Below, in pieces: positions 38,735-48,701 of a DNA stretch of 64,000 nucleotides; position 1 is the first letter of the stretch, and the number at the start of each line of letters is the position of its first letter. The position numbers were made by a program, and so were the translations under genes. Below the pieces are notes generated by a model that did no database searches, was not told the DNA's origin, and saw nothing but the letters and a program-made list of their open reading frames with translations. Source of the DNA: Candidatus Nanohalarchaeota archaeon (GTDB taxonomy: Archaea > Nanohalarchaeota > Nanosalinia > Nanosalinales > Nanosalinaceae); assembly GCA_022729235.1 (NCBI GenBank), contig JALDAJ010000001.1, positions 864,001 through 928,000 on the forward strand, given 5' to 3'.

Positions 38735-39448
38735 ATGGGCTTTGAAGGACTGAAAGCACTGGTTACAGGAGGCTCCAACGGTATAGGAGCAGCCATAGGC
38801 AAAATGCTCGTTGAAGAAGGTGCCGAGGTTATAGTCTTCGACCAGGAGGAGCCCGGGTACGAGGCCGAGTACCACTCAGTTGATGTAAGAGACCACAGCC
38901 AGATAGAGGAAGCCTTCGGACAGATAGAAGAACTCGATATACTCGTGAACAACGCCGGCGTCTACGAACAGGTCCTGACCGAGAACACCGAGCCGGAGCA
39001 GCTGGACAAGATGGTCGACACCAACTTCAAAGGATACTACACTGTCGCCAAGCACGCCCTGCCGTTGCTGAAGGAAAACGAGGGCTCGATAGTCAACATC
39101 TCTTCAGGACTCGGGGAAAGCCCCGAACCTTACTCCCCTGCCTACTCCGCGACCAAAGCGGCGATCAACTCGCTTACAGACGCCTGGGCACAGAAGTACG
39201 CCTCCGACAACATCCGCGTCAACGCGGTGCTTCCAGGACCTATCCACACCGACATGCTGCACGGTGCTTTCGACAGCGAGGAAGAACTCGACGAGTACCG
39301 CGAACTCAACCCGCTCGGCAAGATAGGAGAACCGGAAGACGTCGCCCGCGCAGTCCTCTACCTCGCCGACCCCGGAAACGACTTTGTAACAGGAGCGAAA
39401 CTACCAGTCGACGGCGGAGAATCAGTAGGAACGGTATACACGGAATGA
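38735..39448 (+). CDS. short-chain dehydrogenase/reductase
   Basis: TGGSNGIG, NNAG, YSATK, PG.I.T, VDGG. Confidence 0.95.
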   Translation: MGFEGLKALVTGGSNGIGAAIGKMLVEEGAEVIVFDQEEPGYEAEYHSVDVRDHSQIEEAFGQIEELDILVNNAGVYEQVLTENTEPEQLDKMVDTNFKGYYTVAKHALPLLKENEGSIVNISSGLGESPEPYSPAYSATKAAINSLTDAWAQKYASDNIRVNAVLPGPIHTDMLHGAFDSEEELDEYRELNPLGKIGEPEDVARAVLYLADPGNDFVTGAKLPVDGGESVGTVYTE

Positions 39449-39698
39449 CAGGATGAAGACTCTTCTACTTCTAGTCCAGAAAGGTATCGTCCTTGAAGTA
39501 AAATTAGAATATTGACGAGTAGAATGGCTAAGTTTATCCATAACTGCGGGTTTTGACAAACCATCTTGAGTAGGCAAACTATTTACTCGCCTTAAAAATA
39601 GGTAGGGTGATTTCTCAGATTTCATTTCAACTCAATTTTGCCGGAACTACTGGAACAGCCTCCATTCAACCTTTTAAACAGGAAATCAACTGTTCTAC

Positions 39699-40538
39699 AT
39701 GTCCGAAACAGAGTGTCCAACCTGCGGCAAGTCGGACTTCAGCGATGAAAGCTACATGAAGAGACATCACAAGCTGATTCATGGAGAGAGCCTTCGGCAG
39801 AAATACGAGTGCTCAATTGGAGGATGCAATAATAAATCGTACAATCCGAAATTCTGCAGTCAGGAATGTCTTGGGAAGGCTCGCAGGGCGTATGAGTTCG
39901 GAACTTGTGAAGCACCAGAATGTGACAATGAGACTTACAAGCAGAAATACTGCTCAAACAATTGTGCAAACAAGAATAGTTGGAGGTACAGGGACAACGC
40001 TGCCAAACGGGAAGAAGTAAGGCGAAAATTGTCGGAAATGAGAAAAGGTAAGAAGAACCCTTTTTATGGCGAGACGCACTCTGATGAAGTGAGGGCACAG
40101 ATTTCTGAATCAATAGGCGGAGAAAATCACCCGCACTATGGCGTAACTGGAAAAGATCATCCCAGTTATGGAAAAGTTTCTGGATTGAAACTCCAAACTG
40201 TCGAAGAAACTGGTCATACGGTTAGGTCTAACTGGGAGAAAGAGATCGACCTGATGCTCCATAACGCTGGTATCAACTACGAATACGAGTCAAGGACTTT
40301 TGAGTTGTCAGATGAGCTTACATACACACCGGACTTTATTGTAGAAGATGTAATAATAGAGGTCAAAGGGTGGCCGGATGATAAGTCAAAGCGAAGAGCC
40401 CGGCTTTTTATGCAAGGTTTCTCCCAGTATACCTATCTTGTGATTGGAAATAAGCTTCCATGCGATATATTTATCAAATGGAAAAATAGAGATAGGCTCT
40501 TAGGCATTTTAGAAAAATCGATAGAAAAAGAGAAATAA
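39699..40538 (+). CDS. Zn-finger/NUMOD3/PD-(D/E)XK endonuclease (free-standing homing endonuclease-like)
   Basis: C2H2 finger, two FCS/YCS..C fingers, NPFYGETHSDE repeats, RSNWE..YEYE..YTPDF..IEVKG. Confidence 0.8.
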   Translation: MSETECPTCGKSDFSDESYMKRHHKLIHGESLRQKYECSIGGCNNKSYNPKFCSQECLGKARRAYEFGTCEAPECDNETYKQKYCSNNCANKNSWRYRDNAAKREEVRRKLSEMRKGKKNPFYGETHSDEVRAQISESIGGENHPHYGVTGKDHPSYGKVSGLKLQTVEETGHTVRSNWEKEIDLMLHNAGINYEYESRTFELSDELTYTPDFIVEDVIIEVKGWPDDKSKRRARLFMQGFSQYTYLVIGNKLPCDIFIKWKNRDRLLGILEKSIEKEK

Positions 40539-40565
40539 GAAAGTGGTGTTAGAGGTAGAGCACCT

Positions 40566-43493
40566 CTAACATTTTGAATAGCCACAACCTGGACACTTCT
40601 TGCAGCCTTCGATGATGGCGAGCATGCCTCCGCAGTCCGGGCATTCTGGTGTTGTGCCGTCTTTGACGAGTTCGGCGGCGTCTGCCTGTTGCTCTACTTC
40701 TGTCTTGCCGGCGTTCTGTGTCTTGGTGTCGTCTTCTTGTTCGAACTCGTCCACTGTCTGCTGTGGTGCGTTTCCGCCTTCGAGGTGGCGTTTGAATGCT
40801 TCGGCGATGGCGTCGGGGACTGAGTGGATCTGTGTTCCCTGGTCCCAGGCAATCTGTGGTGAGCGGATATCGTCCAGTTGCTTAATGACTTCTTCCGCTG
40901 ATGCTCCGCTTCTCAGTGCGAGCGAGGTCATGCGTCCTAGTGCCTGTGTGAAGCTCTGGGTGTATCCTCCGCTCTTGCCAAGGTTTGCGAATACTTCGAA
41001 CGGTCCGTAGCCTTCGGCGTCGTTGATGGTGACGAATAGGTCGCCGTAGGCGGTCTCTATTTCCTGTGTGGTGCCGGAGACCTGTTTCGGTCGTTCCTTG
41101 ACTCCGCGGTCCTGTCCCATGGAGGTGTGTCCGCCGTTGCCTTCTGTGTCGGCTTCTACTCCTTCCTGTGTTATCTCCTGGTCAAGCCCTTCTTCCCTGA
41201 CTTCGAGGTCTGTCTGTGATGCGACTTCTTCGAACTCGTTGCTCTGCAGTAGGGATTCTGCTCCGCCGAATTCTTCGACGATTTCGTGGAGCATGTCGAC
41301 CTTGTCCATGTCGGTGAGCTGGTTGTCAGCGTTCTGTTTCATGACTTCTGTCTCGCGTGTTCCATCTCTGTACACGGTCATGCCTTTGATTCCCTTGTCG
41401 TACGCCCTCATGTATGCGTCGCGTACATCCTGTTTGGATGCGTCGTTTGGGAAGTTGCAGGTCTTGCTGATGCCGGAGTGGTTGTGCTCCTGGAATGCTG
41501 CCTGGATGTCGACGTGTTCCTCTGGTTTGACTCTATCAGAGGTGACGAAGAGTTCCTTCATCGCTGGCGGTAGGACGTCGTTGCTTAACGAGTCGACTCC
41601 TTCCCATTCGTTGTTCCGCATCTTCTCCTCTACTTCTTCACGTACCTGGTCGACGTCGATGCCGTTGGCTTCCAGCGCTTTGATGAAGTAGTCGTCGAAC
41701 TCGACGAGCATGTCCTCGCCCTGGATGTCCTTGGCGACGTTCTTAAAGTAGGCGACCTGGAAGATCGGTTCGCATCCTCCTGAGGTGTTGCCTATCATGC
41801 TCGTGGTCCCGGTGGGTGCGATGGTAACCGTGTTGTGGTTTCTCATCTCCAGTCCGTCTTCGAAATCTTCAGCGTCGTATCCGCCGCTCATCTTGTGGAA
41901 CCATTCCTCATACTCGGTTGGTTCAGCCCACTTGGATTTCTCCCATTCTCCGAACGTTCCTCTCACGTCCGCGAGCCTGTGGCTTTCCTCGACGGAGAAC
42001 CTTGTGATTAGTCTCTGGATTTCTTTTGCGGCTGCCTGTGATTCTTCAGAGCCGTACCGGATTCCGAGCTGGACAAGCATCTGTGCGAATCCCATGAGTC
42101 CTAACCCGACTTTTCTCATCTCACTGACTTTTTCCTCGATTTCTTCGAGAGGGAAGTCGCTCATCGTCACGACGTTGTCGAGGAACCGTGTCCCGATTTT
42201 TGCGATTCTTTCGAGTTCGTCAACCTTCATGGCTTCCTGGACGTACTCCTGCATCGCGATGTCGAGTTCTTCCTCGTCGCTGTACTCGATGTCGTGTTCA
42301 GCGCACCATTCGTGGAAGTTGAGTCCCATGCCGTCGCCCTGGTCCTCTACCAGTAGCGAGAGGTTGATGTGTCCGAGGTTGCATGCCTCGTAGTTTTCAA
42401 GCGGTTGCTCCGCACAAGGGTTAGTTGCTTCCATGCGGTGTTCCGGGTGTTTTTCGACGTCGAATGAGTGCTTGTCGTTCGCCTCGTCGTAGACGTAGAA
42501 TCCTGGTTCTCCGTTTCTCCAGGCACCGTCGACCAGGGTCTCCCAGATGAACCTTGCCGGGAGCGTCATCTCTTCGCCCGGTTCGAGTTCTATGTCGAAC
42601 TCTTCGATTTCTTCGCCGAAAGTCTGCGCGAAGTCTCTCCAGAAGTTGTCATCCTTGCCCTGGTCGCTTCCGGATGCTTCAGGGTACCAGTCTTCGTCGC
42701 TGTTGTAGAACTCCGCGGTCTTTTCAGTTACGGTGTGTGGTTCGTTGTCGGAAGGATTGACAAGTGTGTATTCTTCATCGTTCTTCACCGCCTCCATGAA
42801 GTCGTGTGTTAAGCCAACTGAAATGTTGAAGTTGGATAGGTTGCCTTCCTTTCTCTTCGAGGTTATGAACCGGAGTACGTCAGGGTGATCGATGCGCATG
42901 ATTCCCATCTGTGCGCCCCTTCTTTTTCCGCCCTGTTTGATTGTTCCGCACATGGTGTCGAAGACCTGCTGGAAAGTCATCGGTCCGGAGGCGATTCCTC
43001 CTGTCGATGAAACGGCGTCTCCTTTAGGTCGTAGCAGGTGGAATGGGTATCCTACGCCTCCTCCTGTCTGGAAGATGTTCGCCGCGTCGTGTACCGCTCC
43101 GAAGATCGAGTCCATGTCGTCCTCCGGGTGTACCACGAAGCACGCGCTCAACTGCTGGAGTTCTGCTCCCGCGTTCATCAGTGTCGGCGAGTTAGGCATG
43201 AACTTCAGGTTGGTCATCAGTTCGTAGAACTGTTTCCACGACTTCTCATAGTCTACGTCATCGTATTCTTTATCCGGCTGCGCCACATTCTTTGCTACAC
43301 GTTCGAACATCTCCTCCGGAGTCTCCGTCAAGTTGCCGTCCCTGTCTTTGAGGAGGTATCGTGCGGGCAGTATCCGTTCGTACGCGTTCTCCGTCAGTCG
43401 TTCTTCTACTGTGTCACCTGTCACACGTTTGACAGGTAGCTGGAATTCAGATTTTGAGGAAACATCGTTGGTTTCGGTAACAGTGTCAGTCAT
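40566..43493 (-). CDS. nrdJ: class II (adenosylcobalamin-dependent) ribonucleotide reductase with C-terminal TSCPD/Zn-ribbon
   Basis: [44 protein letters not shown]. Confidence 0.96.
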   Translation of the reverse strand: MTDTVTETNDVSSKSEFQLPVKRVTGDTVEERLTENAYERILPARYLLKDRDGNLTETPEEMFERVAKNVAQPDKEYDDVDYEKSWKQFYELMTNLKFMPNSPTLMNAGAELQQLSACFVVHPEDDMDSIFGAVHDAANIFQTGGGVGYPFHLLRPKGDAVSSTGGIASGPMTFQQVFDTMCGTIKQGGKRRGAQMGIMRIDHPDVLRFITSKRKEGNLSNFNISVGLTHDFMEAVKNDEEYTLVNPSDNEPHTVTEKTAEFYNSDEDWYPEASGSDQGKDDNFWRDFAQTFGEEIEEFDIELEPGEEMTLPARFIWETLVDGAWRNGEPGFYVYDEANDKHSFDVEKHPEHRMEATNPCAEQPLENYEACNLGHINLSLLVEDQGDGMGLNFHEWCAEHDIEYSDEEELDIAMQEYVQEAMKVDELERIAKIGTRFLDNVVTMSDFPLEEIEEKVSEMRKVGLGLMGFAQMLVQLGIRYGSEESQAAAKEIQRLITRFSVEESHRLADVRGTFGEWEKSKWAEPTEYEEWFHKMSGGYDAEDFEDGLEMRNHNTVTIAPTGTTSMIGNTSGGCEPIFQVAYFKNVAKDIQGEDMLVEFDDYFIKALEANGIDVDQVREEVEEKMRNNEWEGVDSLSNDVLPPAMKELFVTSDRVKPEEHVDIQAAFQEHNHSGISKTCNFPNDASKQDVRDAYMRAYDKGIKGMTVYRDGTRETEVMKQNADNQLTDMDKVDMLHEIVEEFGGAESLLQSNEFEEVASQTDLEVREEGLDQEITQEGVEADTEGNGGHTSMGQDRGVKERPKQVSGTTQEIETAYGDLFVTINDAEGYGPFEVFANLGKSGGYTQSFTQALGRMTSLALRSGASAEEVIKQLDDIRSPQIAWDQGTQIHSVPDAIAEAFKRHLEGGNAPQQTVDEFEQEDDTKTQNAGKTEVEQQADAAELVKDGTTPECPDCGGMLAIIEGCKKCPGCGYSKC

Positions 43494-43569
43494 TTGTGGT
43501 AATCCCCCATTGAGTATGATTCGAAAGTTGATGTGTTGGAACTTTGATGTGAATTATGAGTTGTGATTA

Positions 43570-44010
43570 TCATTTTTCTTGTAACGCCTCGACTTCTTCC
43601 TGGAATGATTCAGCGTTTTCGAACGAGTCGTATACGGATGCGAACCTGATATAGGCGACCTCGTTCCGCCTCTTTAATTCCTGCTTCACGAGTTCTCCTA
43701 TCTCCTCCGTGGTGACTTCTTTCCGATCCATTACCTGTCTTTTAACATCCTCGACTGTTGACTCGATGTCGTCTTCTTCAAGAGGAGTTTTTTCGGCAGC
43801 CTTCTCGATACCGTCTCGTATTTTCTCTTCATCGAACTCCATGATGTCACCGGAGCGCTTTGTTACCTGGATGTCGTATTTCTCCACGGTTTCGTAAGTA
43901 GTGAACCGTCTATCGCAGTCACTGCATTCACGTCTCCTCCTGATTCTTTCACTGGATTCCCGTGTGTCAACGACGTTGGTCGAGCATTTTCCACAGTATG
44001 GGCATTTCAT
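43570..44010 (-). CDS. nrdR: transcriptional repressor NrdR
   Basis: MKCPYC..IRRRREC..C..RFTTYE, ATP cone, VAYIRFASVY. Confidence 0.96.
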   Translation of the reverse strand: MKCPYCGKCSTNVVDTRESSERIRRRRECSDCDRRFTTYETVEKYDIQVTKRSGDIMEFDEEKIRDGIEKAAEKTPLEEDDIESTVEDVKRQVMDRKEVTTEEIGELVKQELKRRNEVAYIRFASVYDSFENAESFQEEVEALQEK

Positions 44011-44054
44011 GCGATATACTTACCTCTAGCTGCTTATACGGACTTATGCACCAT

Positions 44055-44103
44055 CCACTACATGTTGGGGAGAATCTATCCCCTTCCCCCGCATATGTCG
44101 TGC
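44055..44103. promoter_or_regulatory. tandem NrdR boxes
   Basis: CCACTACATGTTGGGG (44055-44070) and CCCGCATATGTCGTGC (44088-44103) fit acaCwAtATaTwGtgt; 33 bp apart; downstream of TTTATAA. Confidence 0.65.
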
Positions 44104-44269
44104 TTTCGCAATCCGAGTTTTGTCTCTGGTACTTATAAACTCTGCCATGTTGAAATCGCGTGAACTGTGTAATCAAGAAGAACATATTCGATACTCAATT
44201 TATGTTGTAACTTCTAGATAACAACACTTATTTAAAGAGGCATGAGTAATGTTACTTTAAGGTGACAAA

Positions 44270-44404
44270 ATGGGATACGGACTAGGTGCAGACACGGCTC
44301 AAGATGTACTCAATCAGACTGCGGAAGCTTCCAGTACTATAGACGATACAGTCTATACGCTTGAGGAGAAGTGTTTTGATCCAGAAGACATGTTAGGGGA
44401 GTAA
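44270..44404 (+). CDS. small acidic hypothetical protein (44 aa)
   Basis: MGYGLGADTAQDVLNQTAEASSTIDDTVYTLEEKCFDPEDMLGE; TATA-like TATTTAAA, AGGTGA RBS, pyrimidine-rich terminator; not in ORF track. Confidence 0.6.
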   Translation: MGYGLGADTAQDVLNQTAEASSTIDDTVYTLEEKCFDPEDMLGE

Positions 44405-44459
44405 GTCTCTCCTTTTTCTCTCCTTCTTATTTTTCAAACTTGGCTATAAGTGATAATAT

Positions 44460-46259
44460 ATGACAGACGAAATCGTACCCGATACATCGATACTTATCGA
44501 CGGTAAGCTTTCCGGGCTCGCGGAAGATGGCGAGCTGGATGGAGCTGTAGTGATACCTGAGTTTGTTGTCGATGAGTTAGAGAACCAGGCGAACCGCGGA
44601 CTCGAGGTAGGTTACGCAGGGATAGAGGAGATCAAGAGGATACGAGAGCTTGCGGAGGAGAAAGGTTTTGACCTATCCTTCACCGGTAGACGTCCGACAC
44701 AGGAGGAGATAGATCTGGCGTCCAGTGGTAGAATCGATGCGTTGATAAGAGATATAGCCGAGGAAAGAGACGCCACTCTTTACACAGGCGACATCGTCCA
44801 GGGGAAGATGGCTGAGGCGAAGGGTATCGAGGTAAGAGTATTTGAGAAGGAGCGGGTTGAGAGGTTTCCGCTTGAAGACTACTTTGACGAAGAGACTATG
44901 TCTGTTCACCTGAAGCAGGGAAGCGTCCCAAAAGCTAAGAGAGGACTGCCCGGGGAGTTCGGGCTTGAAGACATCGGCGACGAGGAGATGACAAGGGACG
45001 ATATAGAGAGGATAATACAAGATACTATAGAAACCGCGGAGACCTCGGATGAGGGACTTATCGAGCTTGAGAAAGAAGGTGCCACAGTAATCCAGCTGGG
45101 GCGTTACAGGATAGCTATCTCGCGTCCTCCTTTCTCCGAGGCGCCGGAAGTTACCGCGGTGCGCCCGGTCGCGAAGGTAGGGCTAGAGGACTACGACCTG
45201 TCAGACAAGCTCCTTAACAGGCTGGAAGAGACTGCGGAAGGGATACTCATCTCTGGTGCGCCAGGACACGGTAAATCTACGTTCGCACAGGCGCTGGTCG
45301 AGTACTACGAGGATCAGGGCAATATCATGAAGACAATGGAGAAACCCCGCGACCTGGATGTCGGACCTGACATCACCCAGTACGCGGCGCTTGAGGATGA
45401 GATGGAGAACACTGGCGACTTCCTCCTGCTTGTCAGACCTGACTACACTGTTTACGATGAGGTCAGAAAAACCAGTGACTTCGAAGTCTACAGCGACATG
45501 AGGATGGCAGGAGTCGGGATGATCGGAGTGGTCCACGCATCAGAAGCTGTCGATGCCGTCCAGCGTTTAATCGGTCGTGTTGAGATGGGAATGATACCGC
45601 AGATAGTTGATACAGTAATCCACATCGAGAACGCATCGGTCGCGAAGGTCTACAAACTGGAGCTGACTGTCAAGGTTCCGGAGGGTATGACAGAAGCAGA
45701 TCTTGCCCGACCAGTTGTGCTCATCAGCGACCTCGGAACGGGTGAACCAGAGTACGAAATATACACTTACGGAGAGGAGACAGTCGTCCTCCCCATCGAC
45801 GGCGACAGAGAAATCTCCGGCACGCAAAAACTGGCTCAGGATCAGCTTGAACACGTTTTACAGGCGAGAGGTATCGACGATGCACGCATCGAGTTCATCT
45901 CCGACGACCATATCAGACTTCTAGTGGACGAGGAAGAAATCCCTCACATTATAGGACACGGCGGGGAAAACATCGACCAGCTAGAGGAAGAACTCGGACT
46001 CAGTATAACAGTCGAGCCACGGACAGGTACCCTGAAGAGCGAAGTCAGCGGTTACGGCGTTGAGGAACGCGGTAACTCGGTGATAATCAGTGTTGGAGAG
46101 GACATGTCCGGGAAAGAGGTCGATGTCTACGACGGCGACGAATTCCTGTTAACCGCGACCGTTGGAAAGACTGGTGAAGTGTCTGTCACCAAGCAGAGCG
46201 ATCTTGCGTCCAGAATTCTTGGGGCGTCAGAGAGCGGGAAGCTGGAAGTAAGGGTCTAA
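44460..46259 (+). CDS. PINA ATPase (PIN + P-loop ATPase + KH)
   Basis: VPDTS PIN start, GAPGHGKST, RPDYT.YDE.R, GVVHA, IIGHGG KH motif. Confidence 0.93.
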   Translation: MTDEIVPDTSILIDGKLSGLAEDGELDGAVVIPEFVVDELENQANRGLEVGYAGIEEIKRIRELAEEKGFDLSFTGRRPTQEEIDLASSGRIDALIRDIAEERDATLYTGDIVQGKMAEAKGIEVRVFEKERVERFPLEDYFDEETMSVHLKQGSVPKAKRGLPGEFGLEDIGDEEMTRDDIERIIQDTIETAETSDEGLIELEKEGATVIQLGRYRIAISRPPFSEAPEVTAVRPVAKVGLEDYDLSDKLLNRLEETAEGILISGAPGHGKSTFAQALVEYYEDQGNIMKTMEKPRDLDVGPDITQYAALEDEMENTGDFLLLVRPDYTVYDEVRKTSDFEVYSDMRMAGVGMIGVVHASEAVDAVQRLIGRVEMGMIPQIVDTVIHIENASVAKVYKLELTVKVPEGMTEADLARPVVLISDLGTGEPEYEIYTYGEETVVLPIDGDREISGTQKLAQDQLEHVLQARGIDDARIEFISDDHIRLLVDEEEIPHIIGHGGENIDQLEEELGLSITVEPRTGTLKSEVSGYGVEERGNSVIISVGEDMSGKEVDVYDGDEFLLTATVGKTGEVSVTKQSDLASRILGASESGKLEVRV

Positions 46260-47017
46260 GATAGTTTAGCAAGATCGACTTCGTCGGAAATACAGTATGA
46301 GTTATGTCCGCCGCGACCATCTTTCTTGAGCATACCTGCTTGTGTTAAGTCATCAAGCTTGTCCAACGCTCCAGAGTTAGTTTGATTCAGGTAGTCGGCG
46401 ACATCGCTAGTATGTGCTTCTCCTCCCTGCTGCTGGATGTAATCCATAATGTCTCCACCATATGGTATTTCTCTTGCGAAAAACTGCTCAGGTCTCTCCA
46501 CGAGTTGAATCAATTCCCTCTCTGATAAGTAAAGGGTTTTACTTCCGTGGACATCGATAAATTCCAGGAGTTCTTGAGTTTCCGGGACGCATCTTAATAT
46601 TCCGTGTCCACAGTACTCTATCTTTTCCACCTCCTCAGGCAAGCGCTGGGCGAGAAGATTTGAAGCTCTTCTCGAGTGACCGTCAGCCCTGATACCGAAT
46701 TCGATGTAAGGTCGGTCAGTTATGAAGTCAAGATCCTCTACGGTTATCTCGGCAGAGTAAGTCACTTTTCCCGAGTTATTCCTGCCAAAAAAGTTATCAG
46801 GAAACTCGGCAGTATACTCGATGTAGTCTTCTCCTCTAGACGTTACTTGAGGTCCAAATTCATCAAAGTCTCCCATATTGCCACGGAGCTCTTTCTCAGC
46901 GAGTTCCGTTAAGTTCTCCCAGGCAGGAGGTAAAAGTTCACGAGTGAAATCCTGCCAGGGGGCAATCCTGATTATATCCTTGGAGATACGCTCCTTCAAG
47001 ACTTCAAACCGGGGCAT
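46256..47017 (-). CDS. hypothetical protein with C-terminal winged helix
   Basis: HTSDVADYL......L..L..L...G.L. Confidence 0.65.
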   Translation of the reverse strand: MPRFEVLKERISKDIIRIAPWQDFTRELLPPAWENLTELAEKELRGNMGDFDEFGPQVTSRGEDYIEYTAEFPDNFFGRNNSGKVTYSAEITVEDLDFITDRPYIEFGIRADGHSRRASNLLAQRLPEEVEKIEYCGHGILRCVPETQELLEFIDVHGSKTLYLSERELIQLVERPEQFFAREIPYGGDIMDYIQQQGGEAHTSDVADYLNQTNSGALDKLDDLTQAGMLKKDGRGGHNSYCISDEVDLAKLS

Positions 47018-47058
47018 AAGACAAGATATAAAGCCAAGAATTATTAGATTTTCTAGAT

Positions 47059-48219
47059 GTGAGACAGCTCCAGGTAACGGTTCCGAAAAAGTTCAAGAGT
47101 GATACGGAGGATATCCTCGAAGGATACTCCAGCGACATCTCTTCGAGTGAGGTGGAGAAGGATGATAGAAAGGCCGTTGAGTTCACTGTTTCTGTTGAGT
47201 CGGAGGATATAGATGAACTAACTGAAGAACTGAAGGATATCGAGGACCTGGAGTCCGGTGAGCTTTCTATCCGTGTCCAGGAGCAGGAGTCTCTTATCAA
47301 GAAAGGTCAGAAGACCAAGGGCTCGGGTTCTGCATTGTCACAGGAGGAGCTTTACTCTAAGGCGCAGGAGGCAGCCGTGTTCAACAACGCACAGTGGGGA
47401 CTGATAGCAGTTGCTTCTGCTATCGCCGCGTATGGCTTGGCTCTGGATAATGTTATTGTTGTAGTCGGTGCGATGATGCTTGCGCCGATACTTGCCCCGC
47501 TGGTTTCCAACACGATTTCTCTCGTAGTTGGAGACCGGTCATTGATGAAAGACTCTCTTTTCTCGGGAGGTATAAGTGTTCTCGTGGTGATAGCGGTATC
47601 ATTTATCGCTGTAACCCCGTTCCCTGTAGGTATGAACTCCACGCTGGAGATGGTCGTGTCTTCGAGTGTTCTTGGAGTCCTGCTATCGCTCCTGGTCGGT
47701 TCCGCCGCAGCATTATCGTTTGCAACAGGATATAGAGACCAGATAGCTGGAGTTGCAGTGGCTATCGCGATTGTTCCTCCGCTTGCCGCGGTCGGTATAG
47801 GGCTTAACATGCAAAATTTCCTGCTCTCTGTCCAGGCAGCTACCGTGGCATCGATGAATATCCTTGCGGTTCTGGTTTCAGGATTCCTGACATTCAAAAT
47901 CCTTGGTCTTAAGCCTTCAACTTACTACCGACAGGAGCAGGCTGAAAAGATGAAATACGTGGTTCCAGCGGCGTTAATCCTTTTTGGACTGCTCGCCGCT
48001 CCATTAATATATTCTTCATACAACAGCTACCAGGAGCATGTTTCCCAGCAGGAGGTAAGGGATGTGGCAGAAGACTTTTTCGGGGAAGACCTGCTGGAAG
48101 TAAGAGTTGATGGTTCATCGATGACTATCATCGTCATGGGGGAACAAGACACTGAGAAGTTCAGAACGCAGTTATCAGCGGAACAAGAAGTAGAAATCCG
48201 GCAACTCAGTACCGAGTAG
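47059..48219 (+). CDS. TIGR00341/DUF389 membrane protein
   Basis: VVGAMMLAP and AGVAVAIAIVPP. Confidence 0.9.
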   Translation: MRQLQVTVPKKFKSDTEDILEGYSSDISSSEVEKDDRKAVEFTVSVESEDIDELTEELKDIEDLESGELSIRVQEQESLIKKGQKTKGSGSALSQEELYSKAQEAAVFNNAQWGLIAVASAIAAYGLALDNVIVVVGAMMLAPILAPLVSNTISLVVGDRSLMKDSLFSGGISVLVVIAVSFIAVTPFPVGMNSTLEMVVSSSVLGVLLSLLVGSAAALSFATGYRDQIAGVAVAIAIVPPLAAVGIGLNMQNFLLSVQAATVASMNILAVLVSGFLTFKILGLKPSTYYRQEQAEKMKYVVPAALILFGLLAAPLIYSSYNSYQEHVSQQEVRDVAEDFFGEDLLEVRVDGSSMTIIVMGEQDTEKFRTQLSAEQEVEIRQLSTE

Positions 48220-48250
48220 TTATTTAAAAAAGCATCGGGAACGCTTTAGT

Positions 48251-48610
48251 ATGACTATGGGAGAGCTTATCCTCGCAGTTAACACGGCGGGGACTTTGGC
48301 TATCGGAGCTATCTGTTTCTTCATAGTCTACACCACCTTCAAGGGTATAGAAGACAGCAAGATACAGGAGTTCTCCCGGCGTTTCATGATGGCTATCGCC
48401 GTTTTAATCCTGTACGTGTCGTATCTAATGACATACGAGGCATTCTTCCCTGACTCCACAATCGCGCAGTACCCGCTCTACATCATACTGATTTTCGTCT
48501 TTATCTACATGATATACGCGGCGATAGCGTTTGAGAAAGTCGCGGAGTCATACGGTATCTCCCAGGATGCCAAGCTTGAGAAGATGGAGCAAGAAGAGAT
48601 AGGTAAATAA
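48251..48610 (+). CDS. small membrane protein
   Basis: Three hydrophobic helices. Confidence 0.7.
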   Translation: MTMGELILAVNTAGTLAIGAICFFIVYTTFKGIEDSKIQEFSRRFMMAIAVLILYVSYLMTYEAFFPDSTIAQYPLYIILIFVFIYMIYAAIAFEKVAESYGISQDAKLEKMEQEEIGK

Positions 48611-48701
48611 GTTCAAAGGATATATTCCGCCATCTAAGAAGCTTCCCAGCCATCCTTACCTCTTCATATAGAGAGTAAAATTTAGTGGAAAGAGGAGTTT
48701 T

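Noticed and set aside
40566-43493. Intein in NrdJ
   Set aside because: Catalytic motifs are contiguous and there are no intein splice-junction or LAGLIDADG motifs.
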